64,000 bases of DNA from Azolla caroliniana (taxonomy: Eukaryota > Plantae > Polypodiophyta), in assembly GCA_043228905.1 (NCBI GenBank), contig JBHGNT010000004.1, positions 4,092,001-4,156,000 of the forward strand, given 5' to 3'. The notes beneath the pieces are model-generated. The model was not told the DNA's origin and made no database searches. It saw only the letters and a list, made by a program, of their open reading frames with translations. This document shows, in pieces, positions 1-11,640 of the stretch; the stretch's first letter is position 1; each line of letters begins with the position of its first letter. The position numbers and the translations under genes are program-made.

Positions 1-1710
1 CAACGGCGGAAAGCATTTGTCGACAGGCATCAACAAGGGAATGAAAAGGCATTCGAAATTGGCAAAGTCGTACTCGTGTCCCAAACATGCATGAGGCAGA
101 TGCTATTGAAGCTCGGTTCCGGTGGACGAGACCATATTGGATACTGGACGTCGAAAACGACACTTTCGAACTCAGAACGTTAGCTAGTGAAGTGTTGTTG
201 AAGAAAGTCAACAGATTTTGGCTCAAACCATACTTGGGGCCCACACCACTGAACCCGTTTTCGAAAAACCAAAAAAGCATTAACAACCAAGCGACTCCCC
301 ACCGAATCAACCTCGCGCGAGGGACCCCACTCCTTATAAATAGAGGGATGCCTTAATGTACCATTATTGTAAACATGATTGTATATTACCGTTCCAAACT
401 GGAAAAAAAAGGGCATTTGGGACTATTTAAAGACCGTTTGCATGCAAACACGCAACCCAAGAAAGCAAGTATCTTACTGTTCACACGCATGGTGCCATGG
501 CACGAAGAATCTTGAAAGATGATTTCTCTCGCCAAACCACACAAAAAGCTAGCCTGGGTATTTTACCAAGTATTTCGAGCATAAATGAACGTAGAGCTCA
601 GAGGAGAATACTCCCTCTCTCTCTCTGCACACAGTTAACCCCTCTACAAATCCCAACCCTCTCCTCGCCATGGCCATCGACATTCCCGCTACCCTTAGAC
701 AATGGCTCATCAAGCACGGCTTAGTAGGTTACATAAGATTCACGAAGGCAAAACCCCACCCCAACGCCCACAACATCGGCATGAAGATTAATGTTGATAT
801 TATCACCAACCCCACGATCAGAAAAAAGTTGGGCCTAAGTCCACTCGGAGATCGGTGTTTCGATAGTCTTCCCACTGCTGTGTTGGAAAAGTATTTTGGG
901 GAGTATTCTGCCTCCACAAAGGCATATAAAACACAGTAGGCTCCGGACATCTTCTTCCGAGATGTCGCCAAATTTCTGTTGGAGGTTGCTTGCGTGCATC
1001 CCAAATCTTATGGGATGCCGAAGCATAAGGTAGGAGTAATCATAGCGACGTATGAAGACACTCCCATCGATTGGGGCTTCATCACAGGTGCGGCCTTACA
1101 CGTCGGACTCCTCGCGCTACATGCCTAGAAGAAATTGCTCCCAATCATCTAACAATACTTCACAGGTCGGCCACCGTTGGGTCTCTAATCCAAGAAAGCG
1201 AGGTCCTCGCTTATCGGGAAATTCTGGCAGTTGCCCATGAGTTCGCTGCCATTGTCCAGTTCGGCACGACTTTAGAACTCATGGAATTCCTCGCCACACA
1301 GCAGGTAGCAACAGCTCAGCGCATGGCTGAAGAGCACGCGAAAAGGTAGATGATCCAGTGAGCTATAGCTGGATTAATCGAGCCAGAGGAAGAATAGGCC
1401 CTAAGCAAGATCAGCTACAAGCGGCAGGCTAACGGAGGGTAGATGGCAATCGAGTTGCTAGCGTTGAACATGGCCCTGGTCGAAGTTCACCACGAATTGG
1501 CTCACGTGCATTTAGGAGCGAAACAAGTAAGCATGACGAACAGCAAAAGACTAAGCGGCAACTGCAGGACGCGTAGAACTTGATCGCCCAATTAGAACAT
1601 CTACAGGAAGCCAAATCGGCTACCACCACAGATGGCCCCTCCATAGCCGAAATCCAGGCACTACACGAGGAAGTCGAAGCACAATAAGAGATGGCGCGAG
1701 GAAGTCATTT
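1..1710 (+). mobile_element. Ty3/gypsy LTR retrotransposon remnant: integrase C-terminus followed by a decayed extra ORF
   Basis: 87..356 encodes RFRWTRPYWILDVENDTFELRTLASEVLLKKVNRFWLKPY, a degenerate form of the integrase C-terminal W-x-GPY...VN..RLKPY (GPY/F) module. A second stop-interrupted frame follows from 670. Confidence 0.7.
670..1705 (+). pseudogene. Decayed extra ORF downstream of gypsy pol, ending in a coiled-coil-like tail
   Basis: The frame from ATG 670 reads through TAG 937-939 into APDIFFRDVAKFLLEVACVHPKSYGMPKHKVGVIIATYEDTPIDWGFITG, with Q/E/A/R-rich sequence later. Several TAG/TAA stops and frame changes interrupt it. Confidence 0.5.
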
Positions 1711-1930
1711 GTGTTTTTGTGTGTGAATGCTAAAACAGCAAAAGACTAAGCGGCAACTGCAGGACGCGTAGAACTTGATCGCCCAATTAGAACATCTACA
1801 AGAAGCCAAATCGGCTACCACCACAGATGGCCCCTCCATAGCCGAAATCCAGGCACTACATGAGGAAGTCGAAGCACAGCAAGAGATGACGCGAGGAAGT
1901 CATTTGTGTTTTTGTGTGTGAATGCTAAAA
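1541..1930. repeat. 195-bp direct tandem duplication (1541-1735 / 1736-1930)
   Basis: CAGCAAAAGACTAAGCGGCAAC...GTGTGTGAATGCTAAAA occurs twice with only a few substitutions. Confidence 0.95.
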
Positions 1931-3197
1931 CATTGTGTGTGTGTTTTTCAATCTATGTTACTTCTTTCTCTGTTATCCATCTTTTTTCACTAAAGGTAAA
2001 ACAACTCTTCCACTTCTCGCTCGCCCTACAACAAAACTTAGAACTTATACATGCTCCAATGTGCACGTACACAAAAGCTATACCCTCACCAAAATTCCGA
2101 GGAAATAAATCTAACTCTTTGAAAACATTGACATCCTCCAACACTACACAAAAAGACTAGACACCCTATCCTCCTTGGTGATCATGCTCTCTTTTTTTAG
2201 TAACACTTTTATTACTAATGGGAAACCTCAAAGTGAGGTGAAAACCCACAAAGAATAAAGAAAAATATACAAGTGTCGATTAGACACTAGAGAGCTTAAA
2301 AGCACTCAAAGTAAAGATTGTACATTTGCAATGTGATGTCTCTAAGTTGCAAACAATCAAATAGAGATTGCCTGAGGGATTGCTTAAAGAAGCTAACTTC
2401 ATGCAGCTGGTTTCAATCAAAGACCTTATTATTGCGAGCTATCCAAATGGTCCAAAGTGCCCAAAATTGTGTCAATTGGAGAAAATAGGCATTGTTGGAT
2501 AGGGCGCACGAAATTTGTCCAAATATCCAAAAGCTAGCTACATGGTATCACCAATCAATTGAAGCTTCTTTTGTTGTGCATATAAACTCACTTAGCAACT
2601 TTCTTTCATCACCATGTACACCGATCAAATCATTATTATTCAGTAAACCCTACTACACTCATGGGAGATTCTCTTCTTGACAAAAGTTACAAGAGTACGA
2701 TTGTTATCTTAAAAAAGACCCAATCAAGGCTTCATTTACATGAGTACATTCCTGCATTCTCATGCACACTCAGTACAACAGGGCATAGACCTCCACTTAA
2801 ACAAATATTGAATTTTCTGAGCAAATGACTGGAAAATGGACGTAGGGTCGCTAAATTTCAAATTGAAGCAATCCATTACATTGGAACATTTTCCCAATGC
2901 TTTTCATTACAGAAATTTCCATTAGGTAAAACACCAAACTACAGTTCAACATTCAGCATGTGGAAAAAACTCTTTCTAAATTTTAAGGGATTGTGAAACC
3001 TTAGCAAGATCAAGCAAATTGTCAAAATCTCACAAATTTCAGTAATTCCCCTGTTTCTTAAGAAAGAAACTTGGCGTACCATCTATAACCCAAGCCTTCG
3101 GAATTAAAGCTTTAAAAAGATTGAAGCATATTCTTAAACCTCCTTGCAGAATCTTTTCATTCCAATCCAGGTTAAGACAAGTTTGCATTGAGAATAC

Positions 3198-4581
3198 TTA
3201 AGACACTTGCATATCCTCAACATCTTCATCTTTGCCTTCTTCTCCACATGGAGCTGGGGGAGACAAATTCAAGTCTGGAGGGGCTGCTTTTTCTGCATCT
3301 CCGTTTTCTTCTTGCCTGCCATTGCCACCACCTGATTTCCGTTTTTTCGCTTGGCCTTTCTCTTTTGCTTCTGACTTCTTCATTGCATTGTCTCTTCGGA
3401 ATTCTGCAAAAACAATCATAATCACGTATGGTAACGTGTGTAAACTTGAGTGGTCTGTCACACATACACTCCTTTTAAACAATGAGTTAAATCGAATGAA
3501 TAAATGCAAGACATATCATTGTCATTAATGAACACAATATGTGAATTGCATATCATTTGATATCAAAGAACTCGTCAAAGAGGACTCGGAAATACGCAAT
3601 TATTCTCACTCGGAAATATGAAACAGTAATTATCTACAAGGACTGACTCGCACACCCTCCTCCATCCTTCAAAATATGAAAGTTTAATCATCCATCTTGC
3701 AAACTTCATTTCAGTGTGTTGTTATATTTCTCCACATTTTTATACTCTCAACATATCAACCCTGTGTTTTCCACAGATTCCAAATTCCAACCAGTAAAAG
3801 CAATATAAACCATTTGTTCAAAGACAAAGGTTTTTGTGTTCAAAGTAATATTTTGTTGCAACCTGCATAGGAAGTGTTGAGGACCCGAGTTTTTGAAGAT
3901 TTGTGCGAAAAACAATTTCTCAGTTTACTCTTGATTTATGCCATTGTACTACTTTTGTTCTTCTAAATACAGTATCAGAATGTCTCTAAATTTTGGACCT
4001 ACCTTCAAGCGCAATCATCAAGGAATCCATAAACTCGGGAAACTCGATTTCTTCCACAGCTTTAAGTACATCCTCTGCACTTATTATCTGCCTCTTGGAT
4101 TCTCGGCAGATGTCATTAGCTCTGTAAATTTACAAAAAAAAAAGATGCGTCAAAAGACATGACCAACGTAATGCATCCGCTCCCCTAGTACATGAATACA
4201 TTTTGAAGGAAACAATATGGTGCAAAAAATGTCTGCAATTTGAACACCTCATAGGTAGGGTTGCAAGGGACATAAAGTAGAAACAGAATCACAAAATCAA
4301 TCAGCATTCAAAGGAGAAGCAGAAGGGGGGAAAGCAGGGAAGGGCATGTGTGCGCGTGTAATCTCGTACGTTGCAGAGAGGTAGTGGATGAAGACCTTGG
4401 CGCTCTCAGAGAAGGCGAGAAGGGCTTCCTTGTGGAGAGGGATCTCCCGCATCCTCGTCGTGCCCATCTTCCTCATCTCCTCTGCCTCTCTTCCTTTCGC
4501 GATCTCCGCGATCTTCTTCTTCACTACTCTGCGGACGATCGATCGAGGGAGATCCTCCCCTGCGCCTGCTGCATCCGCCAT
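3198..4581 (-). CDS. DPB4: DNA polymerase epsilon subunit 3 / CHRAC17-type histone-fold protein (DPB4, NF-YB11-like). Exons 4581-4370, 4121-4003, 3403-3198
   Basis: EDLPRSIVRRVVK...IPLHKEALLAFSESAKVFIHYLSAT|ANDICRESKRQIISAEDVLKAVEEIEFPEF histone fold. GT-AG introns join in frame and the C-terminal tail is K/E-rich. Confidence 0.9.
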
Positions 4582-5189
4582 CGCCTCACGCTCCTCCTCC
4601 TTTCTTCTTACTTCTTACTTCTTTCTTCTTTCTTCTTTCTTCTTTCCTTCAATTCTTTGCAGGAAACAGAAACAGAGTGTGGGCATGTGTTATTATTATG
4701 ACTCATGACTCTTTATTGTGTTTGGGAATGCAGTAGTACATAAACTCATAGCATCCAAATTTTGGCTCCTAATGATTTTTAGCTGAAATGAGCTAATCAT
4801 TCTCCTTCCGGCCCAATAATTAATTAATTCCTTGGTTAGAATGCGCGATTTCAGGAATGTTTTGTCATCTTTTTATGCTCTTTCGACATTCTGCGTGTCG
4901 GAAGTCTATTCTTTAAAAAGTATTGTTTTGGCGATGTTTGCTACTGACCCGTGAAAGATTCAGTTACGGACCACCTTAGGAATCCATTACGCCACAGTAA
5001 TTACACAATGTAGCGCCATTGTCATTCTTTCATTTTTATCTCGCTATTGTCTTCACGATACAATGATCATTTCGGGGTGTATTGGTTTAGACAACTCGAG
5101 GAAGAATTAAAAAAGTTGTTAACGTATAATGCCTCTAACAAAGGATTAACCCACATTATTCTATATGAGATTCGAATCTTATTACTCAG

Positions 5190-5293
5190 GGTGTGGATCC
5201 ATCAATACGGGCAGAAGTTTGGGAATTTCGTCTTGGCTGCTATGCAGTAGATAGCACACACTCAGAGTGTGTTGCAATTCGAAAGGCTCGCGG
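5190..5293 (+). pseudogene. Isolated exon fragment of a TBC-domain RabGAP (GYP7-like)
   Basis: After the acceptor ...ATTACTCAG the frame reads GVDPSIRAEVWEFRLGCYAVDSTHSECVAIRKAR, matching the plant TBC motif G(V/I)DPSIRAEVWEFLLGCY. No other TBC exons were seen. Confidence 0.75.
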
Positions 5294-6313
5294 ATGTCAA
5301 TCTCTTAACCTTAGCTAATCTCTCGTATTTTATACAAATTCTACATTACCCTTGTTTGTGGAGTTGTGATAGTAACATGCTAATATGGACATATGACTAA
5401 GTTTTGGATGCTTGGAGTTGTATGTCATTATTACTCATATCTTAGAGATTATCCTTTTTGTTTCAAGGTATAATCAACAAAGCATGATCTTTTTGCCAAA
5501 GAGAAGTATATTCATGTAAAATCTCAATGCTCACTAAGTCATAACTAATATGTATGGGTTTAGTGATGCTAGTGATTGTTTTGAACTGATGGAACAATGC
5601 TTCTATCATCAAGGGGGGAGGCTTTTGTCAATTGAACTCAAATGATTTCATGTGGAGTGGATACTTGGCTATATATTATCTAGGACAACTTAATGATTAG
5701 TGGACTCTCTATGCCCATATGTATATAGGGCGACTTAAAGCCCATATGGTTGCATCATATATAAGGGTAGGGGGAGGAAGTGTGTTGAAGTTCAAGAATA
5801 GCCAAAGTTACATATCCTTAAGTGAGTTGATCCATGGTCACGACATGGTCATAGAGAAATGCTCATTTATGCTTGTAAATTTGCCCTCTAGATATAGACA
5901 AGAACCCTCCACTTTAACATGCCCTCTTGATAGGTTGAAGACTTATTAAAATTCAACGTGGATGCGTTGAAGTTCATGGTCTTAATATTTACTGTGAACC
6001 CCTTTTCACAAGGAATATCATATAGGTTATTGGGATGATATTGTATACTTGCACGAGATTTAGACATCAAGATTATGTCGTCAACAAAAAATCTCACCAT
6101 CTCAATGTTTCTACCTCATCTATTTAGAGTCTAAACAAAAAACTTAAACATTGTCATGTTTTCAAAGAATTTTACAAAATATCTTTGTTTAGAATCCACT
6201 TAGAAAGAATCATTTGTTCTATTAATTCTTGTACTCTATCAATTTTTTGCGTGTTTGTAAAATGTTCTCTATCCATAATTTTACATGTTCCATTCTTATT
6301 GTTCAGCATAATT

Positions 6314-8553
6314 ATGGCCCCCAAAAGCAAAAATCAACGGACCATTAGTGCAATGTTTGCATAGAAACCACCAAATGATACATATGAGATAAATATAAAC
6401 AATGATTTAAATGAGGATGTGGATTTGTTTGGGACTAATTTAGAGAGTTTTACTAAAGAGAGTTGTTCCTCTAAAATAACCAAAGAAAAGCCTAAAAGAA
6501 AATTCCGTGATGCATGGAGAGATAAATTCCCATGGATACGAAGGGAAAGCAATGTCCATCCCAAAGCATGTATCACAATTGGATGATATTAACAAAAATA
6601 AGGTCATAACAACAATGAAACTCATGTACTTCATTGTAAAAAAAGATTTGTCTATCACTACATACCAAGAATTATGTGCTTTGGTTGTGCTATTAGAGGT
6701 GCCTAATATGCCTAAGCAACATGATTATATATCTTATACTAGTAGATATGGAGGATATAAATTTTTGGTTGCCTTTTGGAAATATCTTCTAGAAATTCAA
6801 AGCTCAAACCTAATAAATTCCCCATACTACTCTTTGATGCTAGATGAAAGTACTGACAATGGATTAGAGTTGCACTTCATTGTGTGTGTTACATACTTGC
6901 AATGTGGTGGTTGTGGGCCTAAGGAAACTGAATATATGGGTTTGTTGAAATTTCCCAATGGTAAAGGTAGAACTATATATGAACATGTTAAGCATCTATT
7001 AGGCGATCGATGCCTCAACATGAACAAGTTGATTGGTGTTAAGAATTAGTACCTAATTATGTGATTAGTTAATATGCACTAGATTAAGTGATATGTGTGT
7101 GTGTGAGAGAGAGGAAGATACACTTATGAACAACACAAGATGGGGGATGAGTAACTACATTAAATTAGCATTATCATCATCAAATACAAAAATACCTACA
7201 ATGAAGTATATATAGATCTCATGTGCAAGGGTGCACATGTGTGAGGATAATGTAGGTACAAAAGTGTAAGTCTTATATTAAATGTACTTTGGGAGTGGAG
7301 GATCTAGAATATCCCACTTAAGTACAAGGTCCTATTTTAGGTGTTATAGTTAACACTTCTAACTAGATTCTATCTAGGTAACTACGAAGTTACATGGTTG
7401 ACGAACTAACTAAACTAAGTTGAGCTTGATCTCTCAACATTTGGATTAGCAACTGATGGTGAGTCATCAATGATTGGTAGTGAAATTGGAAAAGTAACAT
7501 TAATGGAAAATGATATCCCAGAATTGGTTGGTGTACATTGTATTGCTCATAGAGAAGCATTGGTTATTTTAGACGTTATCTAGAGATATCCCTGAGCTCA
7601 TTCTTGTAGAAAAAATTGCAAATAAGGTATATGCATGGGGTAACAATAGTACCAAAAGGACACATGAGATTTTAGAGCTCTTGGAGCAAATGCACTTGGA
7701 TGCTTATAGACCCTTACAAATTCATAATATTTGTTGGTTGTCACGTGGTCAAGTCATGGAAAGACTAGTGAGTATAATGTCTACAATACTTACTATTTGG
7801 AATAAAGAGAACTTAAACTAGTGGTATAATAAAGCTTGTATCTATAGTGTGCAATTTTGCTTTTGTTTGATGGCTGATGTGTTGCATTTGATGAATATTT
7901 TGAGCTTGAAACTTCAAAAAGAGAATTTGGATGTAACTTCAATTGGTGCAGAAATTGATATTATTATTTCTAATTTGTGGAGGTCTTTCTTGAGAAATGA
8001 CACATTTGTGGATGTAACAATGTATTTATCCAAGTTCTTAAGGTGTTCTAAAGTTGGGTTTTTGGAAATAGAGGATAAATATGACATTACATATAGACAT
8101 AAACTATACTTCAAACAAAATCCCATGGATAAAGCAAGTCAAAATTATACGAATCCCAATATTGCAAAATCTAAGGAAATGAGGCCATTTATAAATTGAT
8201 CACTTGAAAGTTGTATTAAACTATCTCAAAATTATGTGCAAAAGATTATTGATGGACTAAATGCAAGATTCCCTGACTTAAGCCTCTTCAATGCAGCAAA
8301 ATTATTCAGCCCATGCCATTATGCAGATGATGATGTGATTAAGGATAGTAAAGCAAAGACATGGTTGGGAATTTTGATTTCTCACTTACAACCAAATGTT
8401 GATGTCAATGCATGTCTTCAAATTTTAAATGATGCAAAGGCTTATGAAATGGAACTCTATAAGTTTGTTGACACTTTACATTTAAATTGTGAAGGCTATA
8501 CTAGGCATGAAGCTTGGCGAATGTTTTGTAAAATGAAGGATTGGCAAGATACG
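6314..8553 (+). mobile_element. Decayed hAT-superfamily transposase (ZNF862/DUF4371-like)
   Basis: Motifs YYSLMLDESTD, LATDGESSMIG, VHCIAHREAL and LNARFPD lie in successive frames with stops and frameshifts. The C-terminal dimerisation domain was not seen. Confidence 0.85.
7037..7439. mobile_element. Solo LTR (403 bp) inserted in the hAT transposase
   Basis: Termini TGTTAAGA...TCTCAACA are 7/8 inverted and the flanks ATTGG/TTTGG form a 5-bp TSD with one mismatch. Removing it restores NKLIG|LATDGESSMIG. Confidence 0.85.
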
Positions 8554-8686
8554 GGAGGTCAAAGGGTTTACTTGTCCCTGAAAAACTTCATTTGTTATAT
8601 GTTGGTGAATATTAGAAACATTATTGTCAAAATTTTGTAGTTTATTCTCTCTATGTTGTTTTAGCTCTAAGATATAAATAGAGTAT

Positions 8687-10357
8687 CTAATTGTTGGGGA
8701 GGGTGGGAGAGGGACCGAGTATGTCTCGGTATTTTGCCCTTATCTCGGCGTGAGTTGAACATTTGCATGTAAAGTGGTACTCGTCCTCTATCTCCATGTG
8801 ACATAATCTACATATCCTTTCCTCTCTAGGAACTCCATTAGTACGACCATTCTCAATCTCAAGTTGGTGAGATGATATTCTAAGTTGTCCAATGGTAACC
8901 CTTAGTGCATTTGGTAAGAATGCATCTAGATATTTTGGTCGTGTAATAAAACCTAACTTAGAGAAGTGCATGAAGTCTTCCTTATAGTACAACATTTTAG
9001 ATGGGAGTGGCTCTATCGAGGTGATCCATTTATACCGAGTGTAAATTTGCCATATTTCTTGGCGTATTACTTTTATTACGGTCCTCATGAGAGATTAAAG
9101 TGTTATCAATCTCATGGTTGTACCTAAGGGGAGGTAGGTTATTAATGTCTAGATCGTTTGCAAGAAGCCAACTCACCATCATGACATACCATGAGCTAGT
9201 ATAGCCAGACTAATATAGTGATCGAGATGCCTCAAAACCTTGATGAGATATCCTACCATGTGGTTGGCTATGTATCCTATGAATAAAGACTACAAGTTGA
9301 AAAAGTGATTCTACTAACATTGGGGGTAAAGTGAACTCAGCTCTAATAATGTCACGTGGTACTATTGATTTGCTTCGGAGTTGACGTGATAACATCGTCA
9401 CCAATGGTTTCTCTAATTGCATCCACATGAAAGATGGTAGCCCTAGAGCCCAAACCATTGATGCCTACATGAAAGAGGGGGTGGGGTCACTAATGAGTCG
9501 AAGAGACACCCCTTAGTCTGTGGCTTTTGAAAGTATGCGTGGTGGCATTGTCTCTCTAAGAGAGATAGGGATGCATGTCCTCACGTAAGTCTATCATTCG
9601 TTGCTTGTGTCATCGAAAATTTACCTGAGCGAGCACTGAAACTTACTTCGAGATATACATATGATCCAACTGCCTCAACTAGGCTATGGAAGATGGTTAG
9701 GTGACACTTCGTTCTAACTTGAGTCAATGTGTGGAAGATAAGGACTTTAGTTTTTCCCTAGGTTCACTACCAATCCTCGTTGTGTGTAAAAGTCATCTAA
9801 GGCATTAAGGTGCCTTTGTAGGTTGTGTTCGGACCCAGAGAGCAAAAGTATGCAGTCTGTCCTTAGTTACATTTCTATCGTATTATGTAGCTCTCTCTGA
9901 AACAATATTGCAACACCTTCAGATCCTCTAGTAGTGCGTCGAATGAAGTTTGTCTAAATACGGACTCCCAATGAAATCCTTCGACTCGTGGGAGACCTCT
10001 ACTTGGGCTTTGGTGTGTTTCTACCAAGAAAAGTATATATGATACCTTTAATATCTCCTCTAGGAGGCCGGGGTGTGTCCAGAGTGCGCCGTTACAATTC
10101 CATAAGGTCATCCTAAGTGTATTTTCTGTCACATGGGCCACATGCCATCAATTAGTAACGCGATCATTTATTATCAATCGTTCGTCTCGATAAAAGATGT
10201 GATGCCCTTCTTTACGAGCTTGCATGACTCGTGACATACAACTTTTGCGGTGTTCAATTTGCATCTTAGTGAGGTATTCATTTAGATAGATAGGGTTCCC
10301 ACCTAATCATCGAAGAATTGGTCTCTTCTTGTTAGGATCGACCGGCCACAACCAGTT
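8687..10357 (-). mobile_element. Internally deleted LINE (ORF1 tail, endonuclease start, post-RT region, C-terminal Cys/His domain)
   Basis: IYLNEYLT...RKEG..IFYRDERLII (ORF1-like, ~10150-10330), TLWNCNG...ILFLVETH (APE endonuclease start, 9875-10141) and LRISSHQLEIENGR..PREERICRLC..IEDEYHFTCKC (8687-9088). The RT core is absent. Confidence 0.85.
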
Positions 10358-10365
10358 TCAACATT

Positions 10366-11036
10366 TGTATATTTGGGTGGAAAGAAAAGGAGCGAGGTAA
10401 TGCACAGACAGAAACGAGGTGCAGAAAACGAAAAACAGAGACACAAGATATTTAACGTGGAAAACCCGAACTAGGAAAAAACACGGGGGTTCACAAACCC
10501 TGAGAAATAGAATCACTAATAATGAGGAGAAGTACAAATAAGAAGCTTGGAGGCAATGACCTCGAGATCTTCTTCGTCTAACAGATAGATGTTGAGTTAA
10601 TACTCTCACTCACTCTCATAGTTACAGAGGCAACTCCCTCACACGTAACTATACAACAAAGATCAACTACTACCTAACATAAAGTTTGTCCTAGTTGCTT
10701 ATATACTAAAACAACTTTCAGAAGGGGCACATCAGACTATTTACATATATGGTCTCCCGATTTCGGTTTCGGTTTTCGATCTCAACCTCGGCCGAAATAC
10801 TCATCCACCCCATCCGATTCGGTTCCTTCTCTTCCCATTTGGAGGGACATATTTCCGAACAAACTCCCCCTTCATTCCGGCATAGGGTACTTGTCCAATC
10901 CGACTCTTTGTTGGCACGAATTCAGCTTCTCGGCTGACAACACCTTTCGTCAGCATGTATGACCCGTTGTCATTCGTGTGGATCTTTACCAGAGCAAAAT
11001 CATTTTCTTCTACTCTCTCTCGGAGACAATGGTATT
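10366..11036 (-). mobile_element. Ty1/copia element A, 3' end: RNase H C-terminus (11036-10875), PPT (10864-10874), 3' LTR (10861 to ~10366)
   Basis: Minus strand reads YHCLRERVEENDFALVKIHTNDNGSYMLTK (copia RNase H), then TGAAGGGGGAGTT-TGTTCGG (PPT plus LTR start). The LTR has a TATA-like AGTATATAAG and ends ...ATACA. Confidence 0.8.
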
Positions 11037-11482
11037 TGTAAAAGAATATGTGCAGAAGCTTTGACAAAACCGGTTACACCGGATAGCAACATAGAAAAAA
11101 CACAGGTTTAATGGAAGCTTAGAATACACCGTTCACGGGAGAGAGAGAGAGATCAGAAAGCATAAACTCAATTCAAAATAATAGCACTCTGTACATACAA
11201 TGTGCTCAGTGAGTACTTTTATACAAGTCCTTACACGGACTGACAGAAGTACTGACATGTACTTCAATGCTCATACGAGCGACTGACACTGACTCCTAAA
11301 AATATGCCTACATACTAGGCTAGATTCATAGGCCTCTAACGGCCTACCGGTTTCAATCCGATCGAGCTCTCCGATCCGGCTCCTGGTTCTAGACACCGAT
11401 CCGATTCTTCATTAGTCCGGCTCTGGCTTATTCAGCCGATCCGAATCTAGTTGAGCTTGTCTGCTCAACACTCCCCCTCAAG
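11037..11482 (-). mobile_element. Ty1/copia element B: PPT plus 3' LTR (11470-11037) interrupting the RNase H of element A
   Basis: Plus-strand CAACA-CTCCCCCTCAAG is the reverse complement of PPT TTGAGGGGGAG followed by TGTTG. The other end (TGTA at 11037) cuts the RNase H frame of element A. Confidence 0.75.
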
Positions 11483-11493
11483 CTCAACTTGCC

Positions 11494-11640
11494 ATCAAGA
11501 AAGTGATGTTTCTACTTGCCACCAAGTTAGAAATGAAGGATATGGATGAGCTTCACTATTTCCTTGGCATCGTGATTACCCATGAACCTTGCCGAATCTT
11601 GCAGCTCTCACAACACCACTAGATCATGAAACTGTTCAAA
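11494..11640 (+). mobile_element. Copia reverse transcriptase fragment
   Basis: IKKVMFLLATKLEMKDMDELHYFLGIVITHEPCRILQLSQHH* matches the copia RT motif FEMKDLGELHYFLGIEV...LSQ..Y. Confidence 0.75.

Noticed and set aside
5608-5900. PPT-like AAGGGGGGAG followed by a possible LTR
   Set aside because: I could not identify a matching terminus, TSD or adjacent pol sequence.
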